The notes beneath the pieces are model-generated. The model saw only the letters and a list, made by a program, of their open reading frames with translations, was not told the DNA's origin and did not search any database. From contig CAYOAI010000001.1 of assembly GCA_964401915.1 (NCBI GenBank), forward strand, positions 4,987-68,986: a stretch of 64,000 nucleotides of DNA. The letters are read 5' to 3'. This document shows, piece after piece, positions 1-10,524 of the stretch (within the stretch, counting starts at the first letter, position 1; each line of letters opens with the position of its first letter). The DNA comes from an uncultured Gammaproteobacteria bacterium (GTDB taxonomy: Bacteria; Patescibacteriota; Microgenomatia; UBA1406; GWC2-37-13). A program made the position numbers and the translations under genes.

Positions 1-544
1 AAATGTCTATGTCTTCCCAGTAAAAAGGGGCAAATAGCGTGTCAAATCCACCAAGTTCAAGAAATTTGTTTTTATCAATGACACATGCCCCTCCCTCTGC
101 CCATGCTGTAATTCCATGTTTGGTATTGTGGGCTTTTTCGTGGTTAAGGATTCCTCGTTCCCAATAGATTCTATTTTTGCCAAAGAGTTTTTTCCCATCA
201 GTCTGAGCAAAGCCAATAGCAAATAAGGTGTTATCTTTTTGAAAGTGTGCTATTGTCCGGCTAAAGCTTTTGTCTTTTAAGATAACATCAGTATTTAAAA
301 GTAGAATATATGGACTCTTGGCTCTTGCAATTCCCCGATTTACCGTTCCGCCAAAGCCTAGATTCTTGCTATTTTCAATAAGTATGATTTGATCAGCGAA
401 TTCCGAAAGATGAGACTTGATACTTAGTGTGGGATCGTCGTTTACTACAATTACTTCACATCCTACAAGGTAAGGAAGATTTCGCATAAGATTAGCAATA
501 AGAAGCTCGTGATTTTTGTAAGTTGGGATTACAACAGAAATCAT
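1..544 (-). CDS. Glycosyltransferase family 2, N-terminal part (3' end runs off the left edge)
   Basis: Absent from the ORF track because there is no stop in the window. Hand translation from ATG (rc of 542-544) gives MISVVIPTYKNHELLIANL..CEVIVVNDDPTL..NSKNLGFGGTVNRG..LLLNTDV..FYWEDID, a GT-A/GT2 pattern. The stop of the upstream gene is 1 nt away. Confidence 0.8.
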   Translation of the reverse strand, partial: MISVVIPTYKNHELLIANLMRNLPYLVGCEVIVVNDDPTLSIKSHLSEFADQIILIENSKNLGFGGTVNRGIARAKSPYILLLNTDVILKDKSFSRTIAHFQKDNTLFAIGFAQTDGKKLFGKNRIYWERGILNHEKAHNTKHGITAWAEGGACVIDKNKFLELGGFDTLFAPFYWEDIDI

Positions 545-545
545 T

Positions 546-1634
546 TTAAGAAATAAGCACTTTTTTAACAGTCTGACTGAATACATCATAGTTAAAGCTC
601 TTGGCAACAAATGTGTGTGCGGATTTTGCAATAGTTTTGCTAATATCTGGATTTTCGACAGCATATGTAGTTTTCTCAATAAGTTCTTTTTCTGTTGAGA
701 ACAAGAACCCTGTTTGCCCATCACTGATTAACTCCTTTGGACCGCCCACATTGGGTGCAAAAGTAATACAGCCCTTGGCCATTGCTTCAAGCGGTGTGAT
801 GCCCAGATGCTCTGTCTGCTCTGGATAGAGGTTTGCGTCAACTCCCAGACCTGTCATGTGCCAGAATATCAGTGACTTATCATAAAGAGCCATAAGATTG
901 TTATATGAGACATTGGGAGATAGAGTGATTGAAGGATCATCCTTGGCCATTTCAACAAGCTTTTCAAAATATTCTTTGTCTGAGTTCTGTAAGCCCCCTG
1001 CAATAATTAGTTTAAAATCTTTAAACAGTATATTTTTTCCTTTCATTTGTTTGAATGTATTGATGGCAACTTCGTGTTTTTTAGAATGAAGGTGTCCAAA
1101 AAACCGACCAACCGATAAAATAATTTTATCCTTTTTTATATTTTCAATCTTTGTATCAAGAAATTGACTGTCAAGGTATGGATAGATGACAGCGGCTTGA
1201 ATACCCCAATTTTTTAGATGATATTGTGTGAAGCGCGAGTTGGTAATAAAGCGCCAATTAATGCGCTTGAGCTTATTGAGTAGGGTTTGTGAGTAGAGCT
1301 TTTTGTCAGGAACCATACAGAATACGAAATTTTGCTTAGCAAAAGATCCGAAATAGCTCCCATCTGTGACATAAAGGAAAATGTCGTATTTTTTAAGCTC
1401 GATAGCTTTTTGAATAGAATTTAAGCCTTCGCCAAAAATATTTTGTCTAAACTGAAGATTTTGAAAAGTGAGGCCAAATTTTGTCTCAATCTCTGGAGCG
1501 AGGTTTGTGTTCCAGAAAATATCAACGTCATATCCATCTTTTTCAAGTACCTGCATGATAGACAAGATATGCCTCTCGCCTCCGCCCATGATATCAAGGT
1601 AAGGATTATAAAGAGCGGCTTTCTTTTTTCTCAT
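546..1634 (-). CDS. Glycosyltransferase family 4 (GT-B fold)
   Basis: ORF 546..1685. The likely start is M18 (MRKKKAALYNPYLDIMGGGERH) at 1634. The C-terminal motif GITPLEAMAKGCITFAPNVGGPKELISDGQTGFLF is typical of GT4. Confidence 0.8.
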   Translation of the reverse strand: MRKKKAALYNPYLDIMGGGERHILSIMQVLEKDGYDVDIFWNTNLAPEIETKFGLTFQNLQFRQNIFGEGLNSIQKAIELKKYDIFLYVTDGSYFGSFAKQNFVFCMVPDKKLYSQTLLNKLKRINWRFITNSRFTQYHLKNWGIQAAVIYPYLDSQFLDTKIENIKKDKIILSVGRFFGHLHSKKHEVAINTFKQMKGKNILFKDFKLIIAGGLQNSDKEYFEKLVEMAKDDPSITLSPNVSYNNLMALYDKSLIFWHMTGLGVDANLYPEQTEHLGITPLEAMAKGCITFAPNVGGPKELISDGQTGFLFSTEKELIEKTTYAVENPDISKTIAKSAHTFVAKSFNYDVFSQTVKKVLIS

Positions 1635-2382
1635 ACAGAAATAGTTGGGTAATGGTCTTTGAGTGGGCTTGATATATGCCTTCAATTATACCAATTGGTC
1701 CATCCATGAAGCCTATCCTTTTTAGCAGGCGTCGATATAATTCACCAAAAAACTTTCTAAAAAAAATAAGCGTTGAGACTTTGCGACCAGCCTTAAATAG
1801 AAGCTCTGCCTCAATGTCCTCATAAATAATTGTTTTTTCGACCATAGTCGTTAAATTCCCATGAAAAAAATGTGAAAGCGAATTGTGAAGTAATCCAACA
1901 GACCCCTCAACGCGCGGAGTTGAGTGGATTTTGGTTGGCCAGCCTTTGAAGTGTTTTTTTTGAATAAGTCGAATTTGCTCGTCGGGCCACCATCCACCCT
2001 GCCTCAACCATTTTATACGGCCAAATATATTTCTTCTTTTTATTTTGTAGTGAGTATATTCCATGTGTTGTGAAAGTGTCATTTTGATTTCTTTGGCAAG
2101 AGCATCATCAATTCTTTCATCTGCGTCCAGAATAAGAACCCAGTCGGCAAGCGCCTTCTCTATCCCAAATTCACGGGCAGGTTCAACATACTGGGTGTGG
2201 GGGAAGGAATAGACTACAACATTCATTTTAGAGGCAATCTCAACCGTCTTATCTGTACTCTCCATATCGATAAGAACAACAGTCTTTGTAAGACGATGAG
2301 CCGACTCAATACACTCTTTGATATTTTGTTCTTCGTTGTACGAATGAATTATGACACAGAGATTTTTTTCGCTATAATTCAT
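1606..2382 (-). CDS. Glycosyltransferase family 2
   Basis: LCVIIHSYNEEQNIKECIES..VVLIDMESTDKT..VLILDADERI is the GT2 nucleotide-sugar binding and DxD pattern. It overlaps the next gene, giving an operon of three GTs. Confidence 0.8.
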   Translation of the reverse strand: MNYSEKNLCVIIHSYNEEQNIKECIESAHRLTKTVVLIDMESTDKTVEIASKMNVVVYSFPHTQYVEPAREFGIEKALADWVLILDADERIDDALAKEIKMTLSQHMEYTHYKIKRRNIFGRIKWLRQGGWWPDEQIRLIQKKHFKGWPTKIHSTPRVEGSVGLLHNSLSHFFHGNLTTMVEKTIIYEDIEAELLFKAGRKVSTLIFFRKFFGELYRRLLKRIGFMDGPIGIIEGIYQAHSKTITQLFLYEKKESRSL

Positions 2383-2463
2383 GATGAATGGGGTTGTGTA
2401 GGTATTATCTAAATAACTCTAAATCATAGACCCTTAAAAATGCCACGCTTTTAAACATACATT

Positions 2464-3561
2464 ATGGTTTTTTTATTTTTTATACTAACCCTTTTATGCT
2501 TCCTGTCCTATTCTTTCGTCTTGATAGATCCAAATATAACACTTTTTAACCATCAATTGTGGGCTATTGCAAGGGACAAATTAGTACAATTCGGCTACTT
2601 TCATAGAGATATATCTACGTTGGTTTACATTGTTCTTGTTATGGCTCTATTTGTGCTCCACTTTTTTTTTATTAAAAACTTTAAAAAGTATGATCCTGTA
2701 AAAGTAGCATTCGTTGTCGGATCTATTTTGCTTCTTTCCTATCCTTTTTTATCGCGTGATTTTTTCAACTACATATTTGACGCAAGAATTATTACGCATT
2801 ATGGTCAAAATCCATACTTTTACCGACCGCTTGATTTCCCGGCTGATCACTGGCTTAGATTTATGAATTGGGTACATCGCACATATCCCTATGGGCCTAT
2901 TTTCCTGCCGTTAACTCTTATTCCTTCATTTTTGGCATTTGGAAAGTTTATCCTGAACTATATTTTCTTCAAAGGGCTTTCTGTAATTTTTTATATTATT
3001 GCTGTTTATTTTTTAAAAAAAAGCAGCAAGCGAGCAGCGCTTATTTTTGCGACAAGTCCTTTGGTGATTATTGAGGGACTTGTATCTTCTCATAATGACA
3101 TTATTGCTATATCTCTTGCATTCGTTGGGATTTATTTCCTTCTTAATAAAAAGAGCTCTATCTGGACAAGGGTATTTTTTTTACTTTCTGGAGGAATAAA
3201 ATACATTACGCTTCCTCTTGTTTTTCTTCAGAGCAAAAAAAATAGTCGCTTCAATCTATTAGTACTTGTTGGAGTGAGCGCCCTTGTTGTTGGCGCGAGT
3301 TTAAAGCTTGGTATTCAACCATGGTACTTTCTGAATTTATTTGTACTTCTTCCATTCTATGAATCGTTTATATCAAGATTAAATATACTATTTTGCGGAC
3401 TCTTACTTTCATATTATCCCTTTATTCGATATGGAGATTGGAAAAAGATCGAAATCAAAAATAATATTATACTTGTCGCTATATCCCTGAATTTACTGTA
3501 CTGGATATTTCTTTACATTAAGTGTGGCCGGAAAGCAGATTTTTTAGCAAATGCATCTTAG
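2464..3561 (+). CDS. Polytopic membrane protein, DUF2029/GT87-like GT-C glycosyltransferase candidate
   Basis: At least 9 hydrophobic segments. The loop FLSRDFFNYIFDARIITHYGQNPYFYRP..HRTYPYGPIFL resembles the S-x-D..Y..G-x-N-P-Y..Y-P-P signature of PimE-like polyprenyl-P-mannose dependent transferases. Confidence 0.5.
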   Translation: MVFLFFILTLLCFLSYSFVLIDPNITLFNHQLWAIARDKLVQFGYFHRDISTLVYIVLVMALFVLHFFFIKNFKKYDPVKVAFVVGSILLLSYPFLSRDFFNYIFDARIITHYGQNPYFYRPLDFPADHWLRFMNWVHRTYPYGPIFLPLTLIPSFLAFGKFILNYIFFKGLSVIFYIIAVYFLKKSSKRAALIFATSPLVIIEGLVSSHNDIIAISLAFVGIYFLLNKKSSIWTRVFFLLSGGIKYITLPLVFLQSKKNSRFNLLVLVGVSALVVGASLKLGIQPWYFLNLFVLLPFYESFISRLNILFCGLLLSYYPFIRYGDWKKIEIKNNIILVAISLNLLYWIFLYIKCGRKADFLANAS

Positions 3562-4336
3562 TTCTGAGTGGGGCATACTTAAGTCCAAATCTGACTTTAT
3601 TTTTTCTTTGATACTTTTGATGTAGGGTAGATCCTGGTCCTCCAGTTGACTGAGCATTTTTATGCCAGATCGTAATCGAAGGGTCGTATATAAGTGGGAT
3701 TTTATTTTTCTTCGCCCGTTCACAATAATCAGCATCTTCAAAATACAGAAAATAACGCACGTCCCAAAACCCCACAGTATCGACCACGTCTTTGTCAAAG
3801 CACATAAGGCACCCGGTAATAAAATCAGTCAACTCTACATTGTCATATTGTCCCTGATCTACTTCATCTACTCCACGATGAGTGGGTGTGGCATGAGCCC
3901 AGTTCACGCCACCTCCGGCATACCACAGCACTCTTCCCAATTGGGAATCTTTGTATCTATCTGCATGATATTCAAAGCCTTTTTCGTAGTAGATCTTTCC
4001 ACCAATTAGTGTGAGTGGATTTTTCTCTATGGCAGATGAGACGATATGTGTGAATGAAGGTTTAACGCGCGTGTCATTGTTTATGACAGCAAATTGCGTG
4101 TAGCCCATGTCGAGCGCTTTTTTGATTCCAAGGTTCACTCCATGAGAATAACCCTTATTTTGGCCCAAGATCACATCGAGAAACTCCTGTTTTTCAATTT
4201 TTATTTTTCTGTCTGAAAGATCGCTAATAAAAAGATGAAAATTTGTATCCGACTGACTCTGAAAATAAGAGATAAACTCAAATGTCTGCTCGTAGTTTTC
4301 AAAGTTGACGGTAATTATTGCAAGTTTGCTTTTCAT
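3518..4336 (-). CDS. Glycosyltransferase family 2 (rhamnosyltransferase-like)
   Basis: AIITVNFENYEQT..GYSHGVNLGIKKAL..FAVINNDTRV..YFEDADYCERAKK is a classic GT2 layout. Confidence 0.8.
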   Translation of the reverse strand: MKSKLAIITVNFENYEQTFEFISYFQSQSDTNFHLFISDLSDRKIKIEKQEFLDVILGQNKGYSHGVNLGIKKALDMGYTQFAVINNDTRVKPSFTHIVSSAIEKNPLTLIGGKIYYEKGFEYHADRYKDSQLGRVLWYAGGGVNWAHATPTHRGVDEVDQGQYDNVELTDFITGCLMCFDKDVVDTVGFWDVRYFLYFEDADYCERAKKNKIPLIYDPSITIWHKNAQSTGGPGSTLHQKYQRKNKVRFGLKYAPLRTKMHLLKNLLSGHT

Positions 4337-4339
4337 ACT

Positions 4340-5785
4340 TTACGCGCGCACAACAAAAGACTGTATTTCTTTTTTAATGTTCAGACCAAAAAAGACAGTT
4401 ATCATAAGGAGATATACTATCCCACCAATGAGGACGAGTCCGCCAACAAACAGGGAAGAGCTGGAGTGGACGAGTGTTTCCATAAAATAAAGAACAAGCG
4501 TCATGATGAATGCTGAGATCAAAAACTTATAGATTGGTCTCCAGAATGAGAAACCAAATTGAGCTTTCGCTTTAAGGAGAACGGCCAAAAATATGACTGA
4601 TACCACAAGGTGAGTAGTGGGAAAGCCAAAATAGCCGTAGGTGTGAGTCAGGATTGGTGTCAGGCTCCATGTTACGATTGTAAAAATAGCCATAAAGGTA
4701 AAGGATATTTTTACCCGACCAAGAGCATTAAAAAGATTCATAAACGGAGCCGAAAAAGAGAGAAGAAGTGAGGAGAGTGAAAAGATATAAAAAAGAGGGA
4801 GTGCTGGTTGCCATTTATTGTAATGCGGTATTATGTCAACCATATATTTCATGATCATTATCATTCCCAGATAAAATGGAGCGATAAGTGCTGTTTGATA
4901 ATATAGAGTACGCTCTGCAATATGTCTAATTTTTTCTTTGCTGTCCTGATACTTGGCAATGAGCGGGAAGAGTACTCGGCTTACATTATCCATAATTATT
5001 CGAATTGGGGCATCTGCCCACTTTTTAGCCCATCCAATATATCCCAAAGCTTCAAAACCGAGGACTTTTCCAAGATATAGAATAATAAGATCATCTTTAA
5101 AGAGTGCAAGGAAAGATGAGGCTTGGAATGGAATGCCGAAGGATAAGAGTCGTCTGAGGCTTATTTTTGATATGCCAACCTTTGGCATCCAGAATGAGAT
5201 TGAATAGATGAGTATAAAACCGACAAATGCTCTAAGAAGCACTGCTATAGTGAAGCTCCTAAGTCCCATGCCAAAGATAGCGAGTAATGAGACCGCAATA
5301 TAAAATATTGTATTCTCAACAGCCTGTACAAAAACAATTTTTTCAAATTTAATTTTTCGCTCAAGTAATACTGAAGGAATTGTTTTCATGGAAGATATGA
5401 AAAATGATATGAGCAGTGCCCAGAATAGATACGCTCCTTCAACTGGTAGTTTGTAGAAATTTTGTATAAATGGAGTAAAGATAAAACCGGCCGCAACGAG
5501 AATTAAAGTCAATCCCTGCTGGATTGTGAATGTCGTGACAAGATCATCGTCCGTAATTTCTTTTTTTTGAATAAGCGCACCAGAAAGTCCAATATCTGAG
5601 AAGTAGTTCAAAAAAGCAATAATAGACAGAACAGTGATATAAATTCCAAATATGTGCGGGGTAAGAAGAATTGTTAGGATAAGATTAGCCACAAGACCTA
5701 GCGCAGCAGAGTACCCGCTTTGAAAAAAAAGACTGATGGTACTTATAAAGCTGCGGGACTTAAGAGTTCCTAAATCTTCTTCCAT
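4340..5785 (-). CDS. Wzx-type polysaccharide/oligosaccharide flippase (MOP superfamily)
   Basis: 481 aa with about 12-14 TM segments. The N-terminal pattern SGYSAALGLVANLILTILLTPHIFGIYITVLSIIAFLNYFSDIGLSGALIQKKE is typical of Polysacc_synt proteins. Confidence 0.75.
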   Translation of the reverse strand: MEEDLGTLKSRSFISTISLFFQSGYSAALGLVANLILTILLTPHIFGIYITVLSIIAFLNYFSDIGLSGALIQKKEITDDDLVTTFTIQQGLTLILVAAGFIFTPFIQNFYKLPVEGAYLFWALLISFFISSMKTIPSVLLERKIKFEKIVFVQAVENTIFYIAVSLLAIFGMGLRSFTIAVLLRAFVGFILIYSISFWMPKVGISKISLRRLLSFGIPFQASSFLALFKDDLIILYLGKVLGFEALGYIGWAKKWADAPIRIIMDNVSRVLFPLIAKYQDSKEKIRHIAERTLYYQTALIAPFYLGMIMIMKYMVDIIPHYNKWQPALPLFYIFSLSSLLLSFSAPFMNLFNALGRVKISFTFMAIFTIVTWSLTPILTHTYGYFGFPTTHLVVSVIFLAVLLKAKAQFGFSFWRPIYKFLISAFIMTLVLYFMETLVHSSSSLFVGGLVLIGGIVYLLMITVFFGLNIKKEIQSFVVRA

Positions 5786-5823
5786 AGAAAATTACTCAAA
5801 AAGAATTTACAATATCATAAACT

Positions 5824-7602
5824 ATGTTTAAAAGTCTTCAGCCTTTTGTCAAAAAACACTCATTGCTATTTGAGCTTCTGCTTGTTGTCATTATAACAGT
5901 TCCAGCTTTCATGCGCCTTTTGAACACGGGATATTTTTCCATGCACGATGATGAGCATATTGCAAGGCTATTTTTGCTGGATCATGGATTGCGGTCGGGG
6001 TCTTTGTATCCACGTTGGGTTGAAATGCTTGGGTTTGGGTATGGATACCCACTTTTTAATTTTTATCCACCGCTTATTTATTACATAGCTGAGGCATTTC
6101 ATTTGGTTGGCTTTTCTTTGATATGGTCGATTAAGCTCACCTTTATTACGGGGTTTATACTGGCTGCTTCGGGAATGTATCTTTTGGCTAAAAATATAAT
6201 TGGGCGAACATCTGCCTTTTTAGCATCAACCCTATATACCTATTTTTTTTATCATGCAGTCACATCATACGTTCGAGGAGCTTTGGCCGAGTTTTTTAGC
6301 ATGGCTATTTTGCCTTTTATTTTTCTTTCTATATTCAATCTTTCCGTTAAGCAAGATTTAAAGAGGAGTATTTTTTTTGGAATATTTTTGGGACTTCTTA
6401 TTCTGACTCATCCTCTAATTGCATTTCCTGCTCTTTTCTACATTGGGATTTTTTTCCTATTTTATTTTGTCCAGCAAAAAAAAGAAACAAGAGGTAGGTT
6501 TTTTATTTTTTCACTGCTTGGTTCGATTTTTGGCCTCTGTCTATCTATGTTTTTTTGGCTACCCTCATATATTGAGCGCAAATATACAATGACGAGTTCA
6601 ATTCTGACGACCGAACTTGCAAACTACAAGATACATTATGTCTATCCACAACAGCTCTGGCAGTCTTTATGGGGTTATGGGGGGTCAATTGCAGGTCCCT
6701 ATGATGGCCTTACTTTTCAAATAGGTAAAATTCATATTATTTTTACAATTATTTCTTTTATGTCATTTTTCCTCTATTTGCTGTTCCAGAGAAAACAGAA
6801 GATATCGGTGAAATCACATTTCATTTCGTTTTTCGCGCTTACTTTATTTAGTCTCTTTATGACAACTCGATTTTCGTCCGCAATTTGGGACTCTATTTCC
6901 TATCTGTGGTTTCTTCAATTTCCATGGAGATTTCTTACCTTTGCTGGAGTTTTTATTGCACTGACCGGTTCATATTGGGCTTTTTTTATTGAGAAGTTGA
7001 AATTGCCAGTTAGTGTGTTTAAATACACATCCCCTTTTTTAGTCTTAATATCTATTCTATCTATACTTTTCTTTTATCAAAAATACTTCATCCCGGAAAG
7101 AATCTTATATACCAATGATTCTCAACTAACAGCACATAGTGAAATAGCCTGGAGGGTGAGCCGCGCATCATTTGAATTTATTCCCAAAGAAGTGGCGACA
7201 ATAAAGTCTGAATTTAATACGACAATACCAGACATAAAAAAAACAGATATTCCACGTGATAGTTTTTTAGACAAAGATCAAAAGCTTAAAATTGTAGAAA
7301 AGGTCAGTCGACCTCAAGAGAAAATTTATCAAGTAACAAATAGTAATTCACAGTCTTCTCTTCAGATCAATACATTCAACTTCCCGGGATGGAACGCATA
7401 TCTTGACGGAAAAAAAATTCCAATCATCTCATCTAAGAAATTAAGACTTATTCTTGTTTATATACCAAAGGGTAGTCATCAACTCCGTATTGTATTTGAA
7501 AATACAAAAGTAAGAACAGTAGCAGACACTATTTCTATAATTACCGCTATAGTCCTTTTAGGTTTGCTTTTGAAATTACGTAATAAGCGGGAATTTCATT
7601 AA
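5824..7602 (+). CDS. Large polytopic membrane protein, GT-C-like (YfhO / PTPS-related membrane protein type)
   Basis: 592 aa. Contains MHDDEHIARL after TM1, YPRWVEMLGFGYGYPLFNFYPPLIYYI, FFWLPSYIERKY and a C-terminal NFPGWNAYLDGKKIPI..PKGSHQLRIVFENT. It is a clear paralog of 32778-34433. Confidence 0.55.
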   Translation: MFKSLQPFVKKHSLLFELLLVVIITVPAFMRLLNTGYFSMHDDEHIARLFLLDHGLRSGSLYPRWVEMLGFGYGYPLFNFYPPLIYYIAEAFHLVGFSLIWSIKLTFITGFILAASGMYLLAKNIIGRTSAFLASTLYTYFFYHAVTSYVRGALAEFFSMAILPFIFLSIFNLSVKQDLKRSIFFGIFLGLLILTHPLIAFPALFYIGIFFLFYFVQQKKETRGRFFIFSLLGSIFGLCLSMFFWLPSYIERKYTMTSSILTTELANYKIHYVYPQQLWQSLWGYGGSIAGPYDGLTFQIGKIHIIFTIISFMSFFLYLLFQRKQKISVKSHFISFFALTLFSLFMTTRFSSAIWDSISYLWFLQFPWRFLTFAGVFIALTGSYWAFFIEKLKLPVSVFKYTSPFLVLISILSILFFYQKYFIPERILYTNDSQLTAHSEIAWRVSRASFEFIPKEVATIKSEFNTTIPDIKKTDIPRDSFLDKDQKLKIVEKVSRPQEKIYQVTNSNSQSSLQINTFNFPGWNAYLDGKKIPIISSKKLRLILVYIPKGSHQLRIVFENTKVRTVADTISIITAIVLLGLLLKLRNKREFH

Positions 7603-8776
7603 AATAGTAGATCCTATTTTTTACATCCTCTTTTTCTTTTCCAATAAACCCCAACTCATGCTCCTTAAAAACACAGATAGTATCTTCATGAAGGCATGTT
7701 TCTATTTTGAATTCTCTAAATTCTGGCAGCTTGACAAGCTTAATATCGTGATTATGGGGGGCAAATAGGGGCAGATAGGGGATGATGTTGCCTGAGTCTG
7801 GAGAGATGATTAATTTTTTTACTTTGGATCCATTAAGATCCACTATTTTAGATATTCTTTCTTCAGCATATCCCCATTCCGATGAGTTCTTTTTATCAAA
7901 GTGTGAATAGAATAGCTCCTGATAATAAAATATGTTTATTAAAAGTAAAAGCGCATATAAACAACATAGGAGGGTATTTTTCCTGATGAGAAATGTAAAC
8001 AATGCGTAGTATCCAATTCCAATAACAATGCTTAATGCATAAAAAATAAGAAGTCCTCTATAGAGCAGAATTACGCTATCGGGCGTAATAAAAAAGTAAA
8101 ATACCCCAACTCCAAAGAAAGAGATTACAAATTCCCGCATGCTTTTAAATCTTTTATCGCCAAATAGGCTGTAGGTTCCAAAAATAAGAGCAATGAGGTC
8201 GACAAAGAGAAAGAATCCAGTTTTGGGAATACGCAAATACGAGGATGTGATATCTCCTGCAAAAAAAAGAGTTTTAAAATCGATGGTTTTAAAAAATAAG
8301 TCGATATTTGGATGAATGATTTGCGCGATTGTGAAATTAAGATTTACTTTTAATATAAAAAAAATAAGGATAAGTGCGATAAGTGTGAAGCGATGGAGAT
8401 ATTTTTTGAATACGATAAAAATCGTGAGTACGCATATCATCATCAAGATATAAAAATTAAATGCTCTCGACATTATAAATATCCAAGGAGAGGTAGTAAG
8501 TACAATTCCTATAAATATGCAAAGCGGGATATTTTTAGTTTTTTTAAATAGATAATTGACAGTCAAAAGCACAAGCATGATAGATGCTGCCAAAGAAATA
8601 CATCTAAAAAAATAGGGATTCATTGAAAATGAAGAATACACGCGGTGGATATTTTTTATCTCTTCAGTTGAGATACTGTTGGGAAACCTATATAAAAATA
8701 TACCCTTAAATAGTAAGTTAATTATAAAAAGGGCACTGACGACTGATATGAATGGCGTCTTACTGATTGTTTTCAT
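7547..8776 (-). CDS. Polytopic membrane protein with C-terminal soluble domain (possible GT-C glycosyltransferase)
   Basis: 409 aa with about 9 TM segments, then a roughly 110 aa hydrophilic tail. An acidic loop NSISTEEIKN follows TM1. It is the last gene of the minus-strand GT-C operon. Confidence 0.4.
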   Translation of the reverse strand: MKTISKTPFISVVSALFIINLLFKGIFLYRFPNSISTEEIKNIHRVYSSFSMNPYFFRCISLAASIMLVLLTVNYLFKKTKNIPLCIFIGIVLTTSPWIFIMSRAFNFYILMMICVLTIFIVFKKYLHRFTLIALILIFFILKVNLNFTIAQIIHPNIDLFFKTIDFKTLFFAGDITSSYLRIPKTGFFLFVDLIALIFGTYSLFGDKRFKSMREFVISFFGVGVFYFFITPDSVILLYRGLLIFYALSIVIGIGYYALFTFLIRKNTLLCCLYALLLLINIFYYQELFYSHFDKKNSSEWGYAEERISKIVDLNGSKVKKLIISPDSGNIIPYLPLFAPHNHDIKLVKLPEFREFKIETCLHEDTICVFKEHELGFIGKEKEDVKNRIYYFNEIPAYYVISKANLKGL

Positions 8777-10520
8777 ACGCTATTGTTATTGTGTATATTT
8801 CTTTTTCACCAGAATGGGTCATAAGATTCACGTATCTTGTAGATGTGACCTCTTTTACTCCTTTGTACTTCTTTATTTCTCCCAGTTTTGTAATCTCAGA
8901 TTGACTTAAGAAAAGCATAATTTTATTGGTATTTTTTGACCTTTTCGTAATAATGGATGAGTCTATTTTGTCTGGAAATATGAATTTATCAAATCCATCT
9001 ACGCTATACCATCCGTCTTGCCTCTTTGAGAATTTTCTCGTTGACCAGTATTTTTCGGGATCAAACTGTAGGTAGTACAAGGGATATATATAAGGGGAGA
9101 GTGTGATATTTTTTGAATAAATAAATCGATCATAACTTGAATAATTTTTTTTGATTGTCTGTCCAATCAATTGTTCGCCAGATGCATAAATTTTTCCATA
9201 GCTTTTGGGATAAAGGAAAAAAAAGCTTCTCAAGAAGAAGGCAGTGCTTAGAAGATAGGCTGCAAAGAAAATAATAAGTAGATTATTGGACCATTTTTTT
9301 CCTTTCAAAACAAGAATATGTCGATACTCCTCATATAGTCCAAGTGCAACGATTAATTCGGTTATGCCAATTGATCCAACATACCTATGGCTATCTGGGG
9401 CGCTTTCTGTTATCGCAGATGGAATAGGAACAACAAGCGCAAGAATGATGAGTAATATAATTGCAAATCGCTTCTTTTTCCGAGTAAGTTCGAACAAAAG
9501 AATGAATAAGCCGTAATAATAAAAGGGCAACATCACGATGTGTAAGGGTGCATATAGGCTTTCTGCCACTATATCAAGCTCTTTGAAATTTACCAAAAAA
9601 TCTGACCCAAAGTGTGCGAGATAGTTTTTGCCAAGAGCAATAACCGAGAAAGTTGCCTTATTGTGAAGAATTCGTGACAAAAGACCATTTTTGTCGTCCT
9701 GGCGAAACTCCTGAGTCTCAAGGACCATTGATTTCTTATCACCGAATATTCCTGCATATTGCAGACTTTGAAATGCTCCAATATTTGTTTTGCTAAGCAA
9801 GATGAGAAAGCAGATGGCACAGAGCAATAGGGGTCCAAGAAAAGATCTTATACTTTTTTTAACAGCTGAAAAATTGATAATAAAAATTCCCAGTATAAGA
9901 GCTGGGGAGATTATTCGAGCTACGTCATAGGAGAATACAGCAAGGATAAAAAATAATATAGAGAGAAAGAAATCGCGATCTTTGTGCTTTTCGATATAAA
10001 ATATTTCAAATAGTAGCCCGAGACTTATAAAAAAGCTTGACATTATAAATCCATCATCACCAATACGAGAGAAGAATATGCCAAAAGGAGAGAAAGTAAC
10101 AAAAAGCGCAGTCATAAGCGACAAGGATTTTTTCTTAAAGATGGAAAAACTAATCTGATACCAAATTACTATCAAGGAGGATCCAATAAGCGCAGCAAAT
10201 ATGCGACTTGTGAAAAGATTGAGTCCAAAAAACTTAACAACGAGTGCAGTGGAATAGATATGTAGGGCATTTTTGTAATCGCCAAACGCAGGGAAGCTGG
10301 TTGGAAGTTTGGTTCCCCACTCGTCGAGGCCCGTGCGAGCAATTGTCAGGGCATTGTATCCTGCACTGGCCTCGTCCCAATTTGGGCCAGGCGGAATCTT
10401 ATCAAGTAGAAAAATTCTTAAAAAGATTCCAACGATGATTAATGATACGATCAGTATAAATGTAGAGTGTGATAAAAAGAATTGAATGAGTTTATTCTCA
10501 TCCTTTTTGACCTGCTTCAT
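8760..10520 (-). CDS. GT-C glycosyltransferase, ArnT/PMT (GT39/GT83)-like
   Basis: 586 aa. TM1 is followed by LLDKIPPGPNWDEASAGYNALTIARTG..FGDYKNALHIY, then many TM segments and a C-terminal soluble domain. Confidence 0.65.
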   Translation of the reverse strand: MKQVKKDENKLIQFFLSHSTFILIVSLIIVGIFLRIFLLDKIPPGPNWDEASAGYNALTIARTGLDEWGTKLPTSFPAFGDYKNALHIYSTALVVKFFGLNLFTSRIFAALIGSSLIVIWYQISFSIFKKKSLSLMTALFVTFSPFGIFFSRIGDDGFIMSSFFISLGLLFEIFYIEKHKDRDFFLSILFFILAVFSYDVARIISPALILGIFIINFSAVKKSIRSFLGPLLLCAICFLILLSKTNIGAFQSLQYAGIFGDKKSMVLETQEFRQDDKNGLLSRILHNKATFSVIALGKNYLAHFGSDFLVNFKELDIVAESLYAPLHIVMLPFYYYGLFILLFELTRKKKRFAIILLIILALVVPIPSAITESAPDSHRYVGSIGITELIVALGLYEEYRHILVLKGKKWSNNLLIIFFAAYLLSTAFFLRSFFFLYPKSYGKIYASGEQLIGQTIKKNYSSYDRFIYSKNITLSPYIYPLYYLQFDPEKYWSTRKFSKRQDGWYSVDGFDKFIFPDKIDSSIITKRSKNTNKIMLFLSQSEITKLGEIKKYKGVKEVTSTRYVNLMTHSGEKEIYTITIAYENNQ

Positions 10521-10524
10521 TCTC

